Source: a virus
Reading direction: 5' to 3' (one strand)
Virus genome (UHGV): UHGV-0029172
DNA: 37,376 nt
Shown here one piece after another: positions 28,342 through 36,741 of this stretch. The position numbers and the translations under genes were made by a program. Within the stretch, counting starts at the first letter, position 1, and every line of letters starts with the position of its first letter. The notes below the pieces were generated by a model. That model was not told the origin of the DNA. It saw only the letters and a program-made list of their open reading frames with translations, and did not search any database.

Positions 28342-30570
28342 CTATATTTTCGTTGCCAGCTCCGCTAAAGCCGCGACACGACTGAGGATTTTCCTAGCTT
28401 TAGCCTGATGCGATGGCGCTGCGGAAAATAATTCGCCTTTTGCCGTTCCTCGCAGCCATTTGCCGTCAAAACAGCTTTTACCACCTGCCATCAGATGCAG
28501 GGCTTCTCCACGGCTGATGGTTACGCCGGTTGTCAGGTGTATCTCGTCGATGGTTTTCTCTATCGCGCCGTTTTGCTCATCCCTTCCGTGGATGAATTTT
28601 CTCCGTATCCCCAGCCTTTTCTTCCTTAGTCGATTTGTCAGCTCACGCCTTTCGCGTCGACTTAGAGGTTTTGATAAATCGTGTTCCGGTGGATCGCTTT
28701 CGCTTCCCGTACAGTTATTGACAGAACTCCGAGAGGGCGCAGGAGCGCCCTTAACGTCAACGGCCAAATCAACGGCACGCTTCGGCACAATTTTCCACTG
28801 CGTTAGCCGGGTTAAAATCGGGGTACCAGCACCGACAGCAGAATCGTACACGCCACGGATGCAGACGGTTTCCTCACCATACTGGTTAAACTCGGCGCGC
28901 GGTTCATACAGCGTGCGCACCTGCAAATCTTCGCGACGGACAAACGGGCCACCCTGCGCATTAACGTAACCAGCCCAGTCACCGGCGTCAGCGGCATCAT
29001 GGACGGCAGCAAATTCAACGCTCAGACCGTGCGCGGTCTCGGTATCGGCGAGACGACGCAATTCACGGTAGACCGTCACCGGCGCACCGCCGATAAACTG
29101 GAATTGACGGATGTGCCAGCGCGCCGCCCATGCTGATACAGCGGGGGCTGTCTCTTTCAGCAGCTCACCGCTTTCGTCATCGGTTTCACCATCAAGAGCA
29201 TAGCCGTCGATATTTTTCGAAATGTATTTAGCAACATAGCCGGTAGCGCTGCCTTTTTCCGGGTCAATGGCCTCGGCATGAAAGCGCGCTTTTTTGGCTT
29301 TATCGCTTCTCAGTTCGTGGCGGTCTTCCTCCCACGCATAATCACGGATGATGAGGCGCACGCGCTCGACGTCTTCCGGCAACATGAACATAAGCATGTG
29401 CCAGTGAGGCGTTCCGTCGTGATGAGGCTCGGCAACACGGATGCCGAAAATGCGGATTTCTTCCCGATGTAACTTGGCACGAATGCGCGCCCAAAGGCCG
29501 GTGAGATAACTCTGTGTGTCCGACGGGCTGGCTCCTTTCCATTTGGTGTTACGGTAACCCGCCTTAGTTGTGGCGTGATATTTTGACGGCGCGGTCAGGG
29601 TATAAAACTCACCGACATAACCGAGCTCATTGCAGATATTTTCAAACCCACGGATGCGGGTCATCAGCTCGCAGCGACGTATCGCAGGGTTAGCGACCGA
29701 GCCATCGTATTTTTCAATCAGGCTGATGCGGTTGCCGTCTTCGTCTTCGAGATCCAGCCCCTTGAGAAATTCACGCGTGCGGCGCTTCTGCTCGCGCCAG
29801 TCGGTCACGCAGTTTTTACTCGCGTAGACATGTCTTTTCTTGCTGACGTTTCCAGCGGCAATGTGCAGGTGTTCGCGCCATGCAGCCGCAATGCGACGCA
29901 GACGACCACGCCACCACACCTCGTTAAACATGCGGGTGATAGCCGGGGCAATTTCATCCTCGCCGACATATTTCTTTGTCACCCGCTCCCAATGTGGCGG
30001 GGTAACATTGAATTGCAGGGAGATAATACCTGCGCGCATATACCAGGTGTACAGCGTTTTAAGCTCGCTAAATCCGGTGTCATCAATGTCAGCCAGTTCA
30101 GCCAGTTCAGCACGAATGAAATTAGCGATATCAGCAGCCAGCAAGTCAATATCGGCGCGCGACATATCAGGGAGGCGGTTATATCTGGCAACCATATTAA
30201 CCATGCGTGACGCCAGATATTGCATAAGCTGGGTATCAAAATGACCACCAAAAACAGCGGTTGATACATTGCTGTTGATACCCGTGCACTCGTATTTTTT
30301 TGCGACCAGTTCAAGACGTGGCAATGCCTTTTTGCAGAAGCTGATTAAAAAGGCATTGGCTCGTTGACTGCCCTGATTTTGCTCCAGCACAGCAGCGGTG
30401 CGATAAACGTCAAAACGCACGCACTCGGGCTGGAGAGAAAGCACTTTTCTCGCATGTAGCAAAGCCGCAAACATACGGTCGCGGCGATGCTGTTGGTCAT
30501 AAGTAAGATATGGGCTGGCTATTGCCGACCGTGGAGCATTCCATGGGTATGCAAACGTATATTTCGTCAT
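28342..30570 (-). CDS. A: replication initiation protein A (rolling-circle nickase)
   Basis: 742-aa ORF at P2/186 gene A position; ATG 30568-30570 overlaps stop of upstream gene (ATGA). Confidence 0.85.
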   Translation of the reverse strand: MTKYTFAYPWNAPRSAIASPYLTYDQQHRRDRMFAALLHARKVLSLQPECVRFDVYRTAAVLEQNQGSQRANAFLISFCKKALPRLELVAKKYECTGINSNVSTAVFGGHFDTQLMQYLASRMVNMVARYNRLPDMSRADIDLLAADIANFIRAELAELADIDDTGFSELKTLYTWYMRAGIISLQFNVTPPHWERVTKKYVGEDEIAPAITRMFNEVWWRGRLRRIAAAWREHLHIAAGNVSKKRHVYASKNCVTDWREQKRRTREFLKGLDLEDEDGNRISLIEKYDGSVANPAIRRCELMTRIRGFENICNELGYVGEFYTLTAPSKYHATTKAGYRNTKWKGASPSDTQSYLTGLWARIRAKLHREEIRIFGIRVAEPHHDGTPHWHMLMFMLPEDVERVRLIIRDYAWEEDRHELRSDKAKKARFHAEAIDPEKGSATGYVAKYISKNIDGYALDGETDDESGELLKETAPAVSAWAARWHIRQFQFIGGAPVTVYRELRRLADTETAHGLSVEFAAVHDAADAGDWAGYVNAQGGPFVRREDLQVRTLYEPRAEFNQYGEETVCIRGVYDSAVGAGTPILTRLTQWKIVPKRAVDLAVDVKGAPAPSRSSVNNCTGSESDPPEHDLSKPLSRRERRELTNRLRKKRLGIRRKFIHGRDEQNGAIEKTIDEIHLTTGVTISRGEALHLMAGGKSCFDGKWLRGTAKGELFSAAPSHQAKARKILSRVAALAELATKI

Positions 30571-31397
30571 GCGATAGCCAACTCCAGTTGAAGCGGAGCC
30601 AACCCTTTTGATAGCCAGTTTTCAATCGATGGAGGGGATACGGCCTCAATAGTATTTTTCAGAATGGCGCAACGGCGTTTGAGAATGACGGCTTTAAGTT
30701 CATCTTCAGAAAGGTTTTTCGCATAATCGGCTTCGCGAATTGCTTTTGTGAGCTCCGGGTATTTGACTTCGAATTTCGGCACATTACAGGCAAGGTTTGT
30801 GCTGTCGGCAGTCGCCAAAGGATAGTTACCCAAAACCCTACCATCGAGCATGCGGAGCCCGTGCACCTGCGTTGAGAAACTATGTTTGCAGTAAATGGTT
30901 TCAAACGCTTCTGACATCCTGCGATGCCAGAGCTGGGTTCTGATAGTTGCGTACTCACCTGACGACCCAAAGCACACGCGCGGCCACTCCCGGCAAAGCT
31001 CAACCAGACGGTGCAATGATTCATGCAAATGCCAGACTGGCGCAGCTTTGTCTTTGAAACAGCGTGGTAATTTGGCGATAAGTGCGTCATTGTCAGCTTC
31101 GCCACCTTCAACCACATCAGGGATAACAAAAAATGACAGCTTGGGATGGTGATAATAAGGAATCAGCCATTGATAGAATTGCTGCCAGTCAATAACAAGG
31201 CCACGCTTCCACGCTGAAAAAGCTCCATTATCTATAGCAACAGAGAGGGCGTATTTAATTGATGCAGCTAATTGGTCAGGACGTGCATACGATACAAATG
31301 CGCCAGCACCGGTGACCGCAATACGGTGAACGTTACCGGCGTCACCCCATACAGGTGTTCCGTGGTAATGAGTAACGTCTGCCACGCCCTTAACCAT
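30567..31397 (-). CDS. early-operon protein of unknown function, translationally coupled to A
   Basis: 276-aa ORF, ATG at 31395-31397; no motif I can assign confidently. Confidence 0.6.
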   Translation of the reverse strand: MVKGVADVTHYHGTPVWGDAGNVHRIAVTGAGAFVSYARPDQLAASIKYALSVAIDNGAFSAWKRGLVIDWQQFYQWLIPYYHHPKLSFFVIPDVVEGGEADNDALIAKLPRCFKDKAAPVWHLHESLHRLVELCREWPRVCFGSSGEYATIRTQLWHRRMSEAFETIYCKHSFSTQVHGLRMLDGRVLGNYPLATADSTNLACNVPKFEVKYPELTKAIREADYAKNLSEDELKAVILKRRCAILKNTIEAVSPPSIENWLSKGLAPLQLELAIA

Positions 31398-31400
31398 ATG

Positions 31401-31679
31401 TTATTTCGCAATCCCAGTATGAAAGGCTGACTCACATAACATCCCCAACCTCTCAATTTCTGAGGCAATGTCATTCAGAGTTTGAAGCTCCGAGTTATGG
31501 ATGTAGTGATGTGCCAGACCGGAAATAAGCTGGTTAATCTTCGGGTAATAGCCGATGGTGTCGAGCCATTCCTCGCCAGCTTTCTTCCCTGATTTAGCGA
31601 TTTTCTTTTCATTCAGGATAAATTGATATTGGTCGCTGGTAATGACCCATTTGTCGCCAACTTCGATACGAATACTCAT
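31401..31679 (-). CDS. early-operon hypothetical protein
   Basis: 92-aa ORF, ATG start, tightly packed in operon. Confidence 0.55.
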   Translation of the reverse strand: MSIRIEVGDKWVITSDQYQFILNEKKIAKSGKKAGEEWLDTIGYYPKINQLISGLAHHYIHNSELQTLNDIASEIERLGMLCESAFHTGIAK

Positions 31680-31901
31680 TTAAACTCCCCTGTAATGTTT
31701 AGATTTGAGCTCTGCTATTTGCTGACAGGTCACGCAAAAGGCCACGCCCGGTATCGCAATGCGGCGAGCTTCCGGGATTGGTGCGTCGCATTCTTCGCAG
31801 AGGAAACGAGAGGGCGCAGCTATGCGGGTGCGTGCGGTGTTGATATGGCGCTCGCGGTCTTCCTGCTCACGCTGTTGTGCTAAATCCATTGCGTCGGCCA
31901 T
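31680..31901 (-). CDS. TraR/DksA-family C4 zinc-finger protein
   Basis: 73-aa ORF with CEEC...CVTC motif; ATG overlaps upstream stop (TAATG). Confidence 0.7.
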   Translation of the reverse strand: MADAMDLAQQREQEDRERHINTARTRIAAPSRFLCEECDAPIPEARRIAIPGVAFCVTCQQIAELKSKHYRGV

Positions 31902-32128
31902 TAGTGCAGCTCCTGTGATTCATTCTCAAAGCGGGTTGCTTCACGGCGTAGCAGTTCGGCAGCTTCGGTGCCGCTCATACCTTCTTTGGTGATATGGATA
32001 GCCAGCGCCTCAAGGCGGATGGAAACAGCGAGCGCGCGCTCTTTACGCTCCTCTTTTTTTGCATCGGTCAGCAATACGGCCAGCGCATCACTATCAGTGT
32101 TAAAACTACGGATTTCGGTATTACGCAT
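31901..32128 (-). CDS. early-operon hypothetical protein
   Basis: 75-aa ORF with AGGAG RBS. Confidence 0.55.
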   Translation of the reverse strand: MRNTEIRSFNTDSDALAVLLTDAKKEERKERALAVSIRLEALAIHITKEGMSGTEAAELLRREATRFENESQELH

Positions 32129-32195
32129 AATTAACTCTCCTGATTTCGGGCAATAAGAAGCCCGGCGGGTTTACGCCATTAAATTTGTGTTTGGA

Positions 32196-32534
32196 TTAAT
32201 TCGGCATAGTTAGCCGTTTGGGAAATAAACTCACCACTGCACGAAAATGATTCATCGCTGTAATAAGCGCCTTTTTCTCGTCAGTAGTCAGCTCACTTAA
32301 TTCGAGCTCATGACGAGCCGCCGGTATTTTTGCCAGAAAGAAAATAGCGGCCAGCGCCCGATTATTTTCTTCAAATTGTGGGTCACGTTTATCGCGCATA
32401 TCATCGACAAAACGCTCAACCTCTTTCCAGCTATCGCCCCAATATCTCGCGCGCAATTCAGCTACATGATTGAGACCGGCCAGACGTTCACCCGCTTTTA
32501 GCGGAACAGTCGCGGAAACAGCTTCGATAGCCAT
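32196..32534 (-). CDS. early-operon hypothetical protein
   Basis: 112-aa ORF with AGGGGGA RBS 4 nt upstream of ATG. Confidence 0.6.
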   Translation of the reverse strand: MAIEAVSATVPLKAGERLAGLNHVAELRARYWGDSWKEVERFVDDMRDKRDPQFEENNRALAAIFFLAKIPAARHELELSELTTDEKKALITAMNHFRAVVSLFPKRLTMPN

Positions 32535-32698
32535 GATTCCCCCTGCTTTTGAGTAGAGAGGCCAGCCAGCAAATCAGCCTGTGAGCGGCTCGGGTGCCAG
32601 CGATTGCCGTCCTTACCTGCGATCCAGCCGTGGCCGTAGTGCATGCCGGGGCTTTGCTTAACGAGTAGAGACGCGAATGAAGGTCCACTTTTCAGCAT
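32498..32698 (-). CDS. possible small early protein immediately after cII (fil/dhr position in 186)
   Basis: 66 codons from first ATG; overlaps the next gene by 37 nt; alternative frame 32488..32688 also open; weak. Confidence 0.3.
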   Translation of the reverse strand: MLKSGPSFASLLVKQSPGMHYGHGWIAGKDGNRWHPSRSQADLLAGLSTQKQGESWLSKLFPRLFR

Positions 32699-32705
32699 AC
32701 GCACC

Positions 32706-33215
32706 TCAAATCAGCCCGAAGGATGCGCCAATACCGCTCATGGTATCGACCACGCTCGACATAGCGGGATTAGTCTGCAGTCGCGCATGCAACGCCAGCG
32801 CCGACAACGACAACATACGAATGCCAGCATTAACGCTTTCAATCATGTTGTGCTTACGGGCAGAGGTCAGGCGTTCATCAGATACCGCACCGCTCGCCAG
32901 CTCGCCGAGTTCACGCATTGCGCGCATGACATAAGACTGCAATTTGTCTTTAGCCAACTCATTAACCGGTACACATGGCAGGCAATGAATCTGCGCCAGA
33001 AAACCATCAACGAGGGTTGAGTCTTCGGTCAGGTCAGTCAGTAGCCACAATTCAGGTGGCGTGAACTGGTGAGGCTGTTCCGGGTTGAGCTTGTTACGTA
33101 ACGTTTGAACGTTCATACCCGCACGTTCTGCCAGCTTCGCCATGTTGTGACGCTGCGCAAAAGCCCGGCATGCTTCGTCATAGTGGGGATGTTTGGAAAC
33201 CTGAAAATCAAACAT
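32706..33215 (-). CDS. cII: CII-like lysogeny-establishment activator (186 type)
   Basis: 169-aa ORF MFDFQVSKHPHYDEACRAFAQRHNMAKLAERAGMNVQTLRNKL (HTH), same length as 186 CII (recalled). Confidence 0.8.
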   Translation of the reverse strand: MFDFQVSKHPHYDEACRAFAQRHNMAKLAERAGMNVQTLRNKLNPEQPHQFTPPELWLLTDLTEDSTLVDGFLAQIHCLPCVPVNELAKDKLQSYVMRAMRELGELASGAVSDERLTSARKHNMIESVNAGIRMLSLSALALHARLQTNPAMSSVVDTMSGIGASFGLI

Positions 33216-33245
33216 GTTGCATCCTTACAATTCACATAAAGTGAA

Positions 33246-33509
33246 TTAAGCGCCGATGACGAGTTGAAAACGGGAATGACCCAACGCCTTACGCAACTGC
33301 TCTTCTTTCCAGCGTGCGTAATAAATGCGAATCGGGCCACCTGCTTTCTTGCAGCCTTTACGGATAGTACGGGGTTCGATTGGTACGCAAGGATTGTCGC
33401 CGGTCGTCCAACGGTAAGCGGTACGTTCAGAAACACCCTCAAGCTCTGCGAATTGTTGCAGAGTGACGATAGGTGCAGGCACTTTGATGATTGCGATTTC
33501 AGAAGCCAT
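33246..33509 (-). CDS. apl: Apl-like excisionase/lytic-switch repressor (186 type)
   Basis: ORF 33246..33626; start moved to ATG giving MASEIAIIKV..., 87 aa like 186 Apl (recalled). Confidence 0.75.
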   Translation of the reverse strand: MASEIAIIKVPAPIVTLQQFAELEGVSERTAYRWTTGDNPCVPIEPRTIRKGCKKAGGPIRIYYARWKEEQLRKALGHSRFQLVIGA

Positions 33510-33630
33510 ATTGCATGATTCCTTATTTGAAAATTTCTGACAGTGATTGCCAAAGTTTTGCCGACGTTTGCCATCAACTGCCACCAACAATCGAATCCTA
33601 ATGCGATTATTCGCATTGGTCAACATGAGA
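33510..33630. promoter_or_regulatory. lysis-lysogeny switch region between divergent apl and cI
   Basis: About 120-bp gap between divergent starts; in 186 this holds face-to-face pR/pL and operators (established knowledge); hexamers not confidently resolved. Confidence 0.45.
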
Positions 33631-34212
33631 ATGCGATTTATGGACTTTGAAAGCCAAATATCAAACGAGGAAGTTTTAGACAGAATCTGTCAGGTCTACG
33701 GATTTACACAGAAAATCCAGCTCGCTAATCATTTCAATATCGCAGCCAGCACGCTGCAAAACCGCTATACGCGGGGCAACGTCTCCTATGATTTCGCTGC
33801 ATTCTGCGCCCTTGAGACTGGCGTCAATATCCAATGGATCCTGACTGGTAAAGGACCACAAAAATCAGACGAAAACTCAAAATCGTCTTACGAGCTCCAG
33901 TCGTTCACATTAAGTGAAGGCCGACTCACTAAAACTGGAGATTTGAATATCGACCCCGAGCTTTTCGAAAAGCCTTTGAAAAGTGCCATCTGCGTTAAAA
34001 GCGAGAGCAAAAGCTACATCGCTGAGAAAGATGCGCCTTTAGCTGACGGCCTCTGGATTGTTGATGTTGAGGGCGCAATCAGCCTCCGTGAGTTAACGGT
34101 TCTACCCGGTAAAAGGTTGCATGTAGCAGGTGGAAAGGTACCGTTTGAGTGCGGGATTGATGAGATAAAAACGATTGGCCGTGTAGTGGGTGTATACAGC
34201 GAGGTTAATTGA
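33631..34212 (+). CDS. cI: CI-like immunity repressor (186 type)
   Basis: ORF 33547..34212; conserved-looking N-terminus MDFESQISNEEVLDRICQVYGFTQKIQLANHF (HTH); several in-frame ATGs (33601, 33625, 33631, 33640), start uncertain; stop overlaps int ATG. Confidence 0.75.
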   Translation: MRFMDFESQISNEEVLDRICQVYGFTQKIQLANHFNIAASTLQNRYTRGNVSYDFAAFCALETGVNIQWILTGKGPQKSDENSKSSYELQSFTLSEGRLTKTGDLNIDPELFEKPLKSAICVKSESKSYIAEKDAPLADGLWIVDVEGAISLRELTVLPGKRLHVAGGKVPFECGIDEIKTIGRVVGVYSEVN

Positions 34213-35225
34213 TGACTGTCCGTAAAAATCCGGCTGGCGGTTGGATTTGTGAGCTCTACCCAAACGGTGCAAAAGGCAAACGTATCAGAAAGAAATTCGC
34301 TACTAAGGGCGAGGCTCTGGCGTTTGAACAGTACACCGTTCAAAACCCGTGGCAGGAAGAAAAGGAAGACAGGCGCACGTTAAAAGAGCTGGTTGATTCA
34401 TGGTATAGCGCTCATGGCATTACACTGAAAGACGGCTTGAAACGCCAGTTAGCCATGCACCATGCTTTTGAGTGTATGGGCGAACCACTCGCACGCGATT
34501 TCGATGCGCAGATGTTTTCCCGTTACCGAGAAAAACGGTTAAAAGGTGAGTATGCCCGTTCAAACAGAGTGAAAGAGGTATCACCTCGCACGCTTAATCT
34601 TGAACTGGCCTACTTCCGGGCAGTGTTCAATGAGCTAAACCGCCTCGGAGAATGGAAGGGCGAAAACCCACTGAAAAACATGCGCCCATTCCGCACAGAA
34701 GAAATAGAAATGGCCTGGCTAACTCACGACCAGATTTCGCAACTGCTCGGAGAGTGTAAACGGCATGACCACCCTGATTTAGAAACTGTGGTCAGAATCT
34801 GTCTCGCTACTGGCGCCCGGTGGTCTGAGGCTGAGAGTCTGAAAAAAAGCCAGCTTGCGAAATACAAAATCACCTACACCAACACAAAAGGTAAAAAAAA
34901 CCGTACTGTTCCCATCAGCAAAGAGCTCTACGAGTCACTACCTGATGATAAAAAAGGTCGATTGTTTAGTGATTGTTATGGCGCATTTCGGTCTGCACTG
35001 GAAAGAACAGGCATCGAACTACCGGCAGGACAACTTACCCACGTTTTGCGCCACACCTTTGCCAGTCACTTTATGATGAATGGTGGCAATATTTTAGTCT
35101 TGCAACGCGTACTCGGCCATACCGACATCAAAATGACGATGCGATATGCGCATTTTGCTCCTGACCATCTTGAAGATGCAGTAAGACTTAATCCATTGAA
35201 CAAGACCTCTGCGGTAATGGAGTAG
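34212..35225 (+). CDS. int: tyrosine integrase (P2/186 family)
   Basis: 337 aa from ATG at 34212; C-terminal catalytic region with HVLRHTFASHF...LGHTDIKMTMRYAHF (R-H-R-Y signature). Confidence 0.9.
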   Translation: MTVRKNPAGGWICELYPNGAKGKRIRKKFATKGEALAFEQYTVQNPWQEEKEDRRTLKELVDSWYSAHGITLKDGLKRQLAMHHAFECMGEPLARDFDAQMFSRYREKRLKGEYARSNRVKEVSPRTLNLELAYFRAVFNELNRLGEWKGENPLKNMRPFRTEEIEMAWLTHDQISQLLGECKRHDHPDLETVVRICLATGARWSEAESLKKSQLAKYKITYTNTKGKKNRTVPISKELYESLPDDKKGRLFSDCYGAFRSALERTGIELPAGQLTHVLRHTFASHFMMNGGNILVLQRVLGHTDIKMTMRYAHFAPDHLEDAVRLNPLNKTSAVME

Positions 35226-35244
35226 CGGTAATTAAAAATTATAT

Positions 35245-35263
35245 GCGCACTGATATAGTGCGC
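35245..35263. terminator. hairpin between convergent int and cargo operon (GCGCAC/GTGCGC, 7-nt loop), likely bidirectional terminator
   Basis: Read directly; A/T-rich flanks on both sides. Confidence 0.45.
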
Positions 35264-35321
35264 TTATGACCTTGAACATTTAATAAGGTTACAAAAGTGA
35301 CAATGTCTATGCTATAAAATA

Positions 35322-35645
35322 TCAAACCTCATTGTATGCACCACATCCATTACAACGAATGACAATGTTATGAATATTAACTTTTGGTACCCCAATAACA
35401 AGTTGAGATTTACACCCCCCACATAGCAACGCTAATCCGACCTCATAACCTGTTATAGCAACGGTGCCCTCTCCTTGATAAATAAAAACAGTCCTTGTAT
35501 CCGGGTCCGGCTCAGGAATAACCTCTAGAGTTATCGTCTCCTTAATCTCCGGAACTTCAGGTCTCTTAATTTTTGGTTCATGGCACTCTTTGAAAAGTAA
35601 GCCAGACTCACAGGGGCAAAGTTCATTTGGATCAATCTTAGCCAT
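35322..35645 (-). CDS. small zinc-binding protein: N-terminal SEC-C-like motif (CPCESGLLFKECH) plus C-terminal CxxC...CxxC zinc ribbon
   Basis: 107-aa ORF, ATG 2 nt after the upstream gene stop (operon); cysteine motifs read directly; AT-rich. Confidence 0.6.
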   Translation of the reverse strand: MAKIDPNELCPCESGLLFKECHEPKIKRPEVPEIKETITLEVIPEPDPDTRTVFIYQGEGTVAITGYEVGLALLCGGCKSQLVIGVPKVNIHNIVIRCNGCGAYNEV

Positions 35646-35647
35646 AT

Positions 35648-36493
35648 TTACTCTCTCACAATGGACAATGGCAAATTTGGATCAATATACCGCCCGATAT
35701 CAGGAACATTCAATTTCATTCGAGTAAGCATAATTAGTAGATAAGTAAAAAAACGGCCAAAAGATTGGTCTTCCATACCCTCTTTAACTATACGTAAAAC
35801 AATCTCATCATTTTCCTCACTATTTACCTGTCGCTTATGCGCCGTTAAAACCAAACTAACAAACTCATCTGTATCTAGGAGTAAATCTTTTTCCCCTTTT
35901 GTTAGATTAACTTTTTCATAACGAAGCACACCTTTGCCAAGAACACATATTAGATTACAAAAATAATTCACATCATGTACAGCCTTGCTGTGCGCCATCC
36001 AATTTTCTTTTAGAGAATCCAGAGAATTACCAGAAATATTAAATCCAAAAACAATACCAAATGGCCTAGATGCCCTATGAACTGTTGCGTATTCTCTAGT
36101 AGCAATCACCCCTAAATCTCTCGGCGCTAGTTTTTTGAATGAGGTTATTTTATTGGCTGCATCATCAAACTCACTTTTTGATAGAGTTGATTTAACTTCG
36201 ATAATACCATATACCCCTTCAACAGGAAGGATTGATGTTTTCCCCGCATAAAGTACTGGGCAATTAACGGCATCATAAATTATGATATCAATAGCATGGG
36301 AGCGTAAACCTTCTTTTGTAATTACCTCTCCTTTGGTCACGCCATATCTTTTTGGCAAATGAGTTTTGAGAAAATCCATTAAAAACTCCTCTCGATTCTC
36401 ACCTTTATCGCCACTATGATGTATAAAACCGGATTCTTTGAATCGAGCCAACATTGTAGCTTCTATTGAATTAAATAATTGATTTAAATCCAT
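35648..36493 (-). CDS. putative PD-(D/E)xK nuclease-like protein, unknown family
   Basis: 281-aa ORF with GGAGG RBS; candidate nuclease core HAIDIIIYD...(about 25 aa)...GIIEVK (D...ExK spacing typical of restriction-endonuclease-like fold); assignment from motif only. Confidence 0.5.
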   Translation of the reverse strand: MDLNQLFNSIEATMLARFKESGFIHHSGDKGENREEFLMDFLKTHLPKRYGVTKGEVITKEGLRSHAIDIIIYDAVNCPVLYAGKTSILPVEGVYGIIEVKSTLSKSEFDDAANKITSFKKLAPRDLGVIATREYATVHRASRPFGIVFGFNISGNSLDSLKENWMAHSKAVHDVNYFCNLICVLGKGVLRYEKVNLTKGEKDLLLDTDEFVSLVLTAHKRQVNSEENDEIVLRIVKEGMEDQSFGRFFTYLLIMLTRMKLNVPDIGRYIDPNLPLSIVRE

Positions 36494-36695
36494 ATATTAC
36501 CTCCCCTAATGCATGTCTTTGATGATACACCTTACTTACACTTTTGTAAGTTGCAAGCATCACAGCGTTGATTGATGGTAATGGCGATAAAGTGGCGGCG
36601 GAAATGGCTAAGAATGGGTAATCATTGGCAAATGATGGCAACTTATGTCAATGATAAATAACGCAAACTATTGATTCTCGGTTGTTCAAGTAGGA

Positions 36696-36741
36696 ACTCA
36701 TAATCGCTTGGTCGCTGGTTCAAGTCCAGCAAGGGCCACCA
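36696..36741 (+). repeat. attR: 36-bp core repeat plus native tRNA 3' end (T-arm, acceptor AAGGGCC, discriminator A, CCA)
   Basis: ACTCATAATCGCTTGGTCGCTGGTTCAAGTCCAGCAAGGGCCACCA; acceptor AAGGGCC is perfectly complementary to the 5' GGCCCTT at 5429-5435. Confidence 0.85.

Larger units (their letters stand above)
5459..36731. mobile_element. P2/186-family temperate phage (prophage), apparently complete, integrated in tRNA-Ile(CAU)
   Basis: Bounded by 36-bp direct repeat (tRNA 3' portion); contains int, cI, apl, cII, A, tum-like gene, cos, and full P2-type head/tail/lysis gene order. Confidence 0.9.

Noticed and set aside
30567-31397. Calling the 276-aa protein a Dam/Dcm methyltransferase or a DpdA/TGT-like transglycosylase
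   Set aside because: No DPPY/NPPY or PCQ/ENV methyltransferase motifs and no zinc-binding CxCxxC...H signature of TGT; the DSGGF-like match is a single short motif. Left as unknown.
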